Below, in pieces: positions 60,701 to 64,000 of a DNA stretch of 64,000 bases (the stretch's first letter is position 1; each line of letters begins with the position of its first letter). A model generated the notes under the pieces. That model was not told the origin of the DNA, made no database searches, and worked only from the letters and a program-made list of their open reading frames with translations. Source of the DNA: Nemertoderma westbladi (taxonomy: Eukaryota; Animalia; Xenacoelomorpha). Both the position numbers and the translations under genes were made by a program. Location: NCBI GenBank assembly GCA_032718475.1, contig JAUCBJ010001204.1:40618-104617 (forward strand). The letters run 5' to 3'.

Positions 60701-61055
60701 GGCCGACTTTCAGAGTCGCAACGTCGAGCCATGCTCTCTCCAGGCGTGTCAGGTTTGTTCCTTTGTCGCATCCGTTTCTGAGTCCCCCGTAGTACGTCTC
60801 GCGACACAGCCACCAGGTAGTCCGCCCCCCTACCCATCCCTGAGGTGCTTTGTGTCCATCAAGTTGGGTGACCCGCGCCCCCTCTGCACTAGCCGACCCG
60901 CGTGGCTGGCTACACAACGTGAGTGCGCCGAACTCGTATGCGTTGCAGAACATCTCGCGTCCGGCACACGACCTTCCAAGCATATTACCAACAAATGCGA
61001 TGTTAAACGGTACCTGGGCATCTGCTCCCTTGCCCCCTCCAGCCTCATTCTAGCT
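57715..61055 (+). mobile_element. Degenerate Ty3/Gypsy retrotransposon internal region (gag, PR, RT, RNase H; truncated before the integrase core)
   Basis: gag IWQAIRLHYGFQ..ERPEDLFQRL..ELSPTLEN. PR LVDCGAESNLI. RT KADLTSAFYQIPL, MGMPGSET and decayed KLANHIY. RNase H LVTDAAS..GLGAVL and WLPCELEALAIA. Many frameshifts; no LTR pair seen. Confidence 0.88.
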
Positions 61056-62127
61056 GCGATTAACCACCCCCCCCCCCCTTACTTCTACCGCGAGTTAGTT
61101 AGTTGCGATATATACATAATGAGATTATAATCCGCCGTGGTGACTTCCAGCCGCTAACGGCAAAACAAACCCCTTTTAGTGACTTTTAGTTTGAAAAACT
61201 TAGCTGTATTACATACTAATTTGACTATTACATACTTTCTTCGCTTTGTTTGTGAACATTTTCGATCTAATATGGAGGTGCAACTAGTATGTCATATCAT
61301 ACCACCCGCACACCAACTGTTACCCAACACCCCGATTAGCTTAGGGGATAACGCATGTGTACCTACTCCCAACCATACCGAGTTTGACACCTAAGTTGGC
61401 CAACTGTTTTTTTTGCACACATATGATTATCATTGCTCCATTGTTATTATAGTTGTATACTCCTATTTAGTGTGTTTATAGTTAGTTATATTACGTATGT
61501 ACGCCTTACAGCTTACTTTACCCGATGTTTGTGTTGACTTTATATGACTGTGGTGAATGGATGTCACCCTAGTTAGTAGTTCCTGCCTCGCCTACGGCAC
61601 ACAAACTGGGTAAAAAGATAAGTTACGCCAGCCGGTTAGGACCTACCGTCTGTCTGTCTCACATGGCCTGACGGTCGGCCTGACATACAGTGTGTCAGTA
61701 CACGGTGCAGGGTGTGCACGTCAGCACACGACCGGTACCTGCCGACTGCACAGCTGCTGGTACCGTAGCTGCACTGTGTTACCTACTGTACATCCTACCG
61801 TAGCCGCACTGCGTTACCTAGTTAGGGTTCGCTGCTATACGCTATTGTTCCATTGCGTTATATATATACTGTATATATGATAATATATTATACGTACACG
61901 TCGCAGTCGCATTCACCTTGTTATTCCCGTTCACCCTTAGCACGAGACTTCCCCGTCTTGCCTTACTTCTGGCGTTAATTAATTAATAATAATTTTATTA
62001 TATAATAATACAGTAATAAAACTATATAATATTATTCATACAAATATAAGAAATGGTCAATATTATATATTATACTATACATCTTGTTAAGTAATCCAAA
62101 AGTTTTACAATAAAACAACATATTACA

Positions 62128-62257
62128 GATTGTGTATAATGTACCTTTATCTCACTTTGATCCCTTGTTTCAATATTTCACTCACTCGCTTCGCTCATTC
62201 GTGTAGATACTAACACTCGGGACCGGCGTGAAATAAAGTGCTACATTATACACAATA
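62128..62257. mobile_element. Small palindromic MITE-like element
   Basis: ATTGTGTATAATGTACCTTTATCTCAC is inverted relative to GTGAAATAAAGTGCTACATTATACACAAT, around a CTCGCTTCGCTC core. Confidence 0.45.
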
Positions 62258-64000
62258 TAATAAATAGTTATTTCTCAGTTTAACAAGAACGAGTTAGCTC
62301 CGTTTTAACGCCAAGTGACGATATATCAATGTTTGAGTTAGCCCTTTTTAAACGATGCTGTCTAAAATGAGCTACTGTAATTCTGTTATTGGAATTCCTA
62401 TTCAAAATATGATAAATGTAATTAAATTAAATTTATTATACAGACTATAAATATTGAAATTGGTACCGGTACACAATCACCTTTCCAAGTAGTACCAATC
62501 GAAGTCAAATTTTATCAGCTATCTGCCTATAAATACAATAATTTCCAAAAACTCGAGTTAACAGCTTTTTAACGCCAACCGACGTAATGTAGGCCTACAG
62601 TATACCATTATTATTCTACACTGTAGATGTCATGCATCATCACACATGTGGATCACTTGTACTTTGTTAATTGTTTAATGTGTCCCACACACGTATCATA
62701 GCTTGTAAATGTATCTCACATACATACTGAATGCATCACACCCCTCAGTGTATGGCACGTAATATCACATTTGTTTGTATATCTAGTATGTCAATTTATC
62801 AAATATAAATGTTCAATAATGAATTTATGAAAATGACAATTTTTGACATTTTTTAGCCATTCATTTGTTTTAATTGCATAATTTGTTCAATATTCAATAA
62901 ATTAGGCATACGGTAGGTACTGTATATTACAGTAGGCCTACGGTACTGTAGGTACTGTATATTACAGTAGGCCTACGTTAGGTACTGTATATTACAGTAG
63001 GCCCTCTAGTTGCTAAATTAGCTTGTTAAATGCAATTCCCCAAAATGTCTACAAAAATAATGTATTTAAATTTATTCCTGAACTTAATTTATTAAAGGAA
63101 ATTCTACGGAATCTTGCCTTGCATTCTTATCCAAGCAAAACATGCGGGTTGGAAGTACAGCTATAAGTTACGAATTTAGTGATTTTCCAGCGAATACTGT
63201 TGTTAGTGAAGATTTTTACACAAAAATGTGGGCTTCCTTCGTACTGTAGAATATACTGTTCGTGTAATAATATATTTACATATTTTTGTCACAATAGTAT
63301 ACAGTATGATATAACGCCCAATTTTTTTGGGAGCATGAGTTTTTGGGTATTGGGAGCAGAAATTTGATGGGCGGGGTTGCAACCCACCCCCCCCCCCCCC
63401 CCGTACCCCCCACCACCACCGTTGCATTACGGTATATAAGTTGTGATATTTAGCTTCATACTGTACCAAATAAAAAGATTAAATTATTAGACAAATTTAT
63501 GTTTCTCTAAACTAAGCCTACAGTTAATTACTACACTTCAGTCAATCGCTACTTAGCTATTGGTATAAAGTTTGTCTGCACCAAATCCAAATGTCTTGTT
63601 TGTCCAAAGTTTGTCTTGCTTAGATTTACTGAACTACTACTGTAACAGAGTAGGCCTACTCGCCTACTACAGTATTAGATCAATGCATTCGATACAGACA
63701 TATCGATTTTTACATTTATGGTAGGTACAGAATAGGCGGTGTGATATAAGTGTGATAAAACATACCCTACTGTACAATTAAAGCACATATTTTAAATATA
63801 TTTAATTTTTTTATTTATAGGAAAACGATATTATTTGGTTAACTTAACTAAACACCCAAAATCGGGCGTGAGCTCACGCTCAAACGACCGCTCCAAGGCT
63901 GCTCAAATCCAAGGACAATCACCATTTCTTTGGGACATTTCTAGTGGAAATAACTGAATAAATACCTACATGTGGTCTTTATTTACCGGTATATAATATA

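Overview
Repeat-rich eukaryotic, most likely invertebrate animal, genomic DNA. It is not prokaryotic and has no CRISPR array. Two host genes are recognisable, both with uninterrupted CDSs on the minus strand: PEX3 (2135-3214) and a TMEM59/BSMAP homologue (42511-43617). There is also a disrupted CARD-like ORF (~54.8-55.7 kb). The centre holds two nested BEL/Pao-type LTR retrotransposons. A young 15.4-kb element (20080-35471, +, TG..CA, 5-bp TSD CTCTC) is inserted into the gag of an older minus-strand element (~13266-36968). Both keep gag and protease but lack RT and the integrase core. Both carry an extra downstream ORF with a DEDDy-like (WRN/EXD/RNase D type) 3'-5' exonuclease signature; in the inner element it is followed by three CCHC knuckles. 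Both have, in place of a tRNA primer-binding site, a 10-12-nt sequence perfectly complementary to their own LTR, which is the geometry of Tf1-type self-priming. This combination is the most novel-looking system in the window. The rest comprises a 35-bp satellite, minisatellites, RTE-like LINE fragments, several MITE/TIR elements, a tRNA-derived SINE head, a rearranged Penelope-like segment and a decayed Ty3/Gypsy element. All domain calls were made by eye from remembered motifs; no database search was run.
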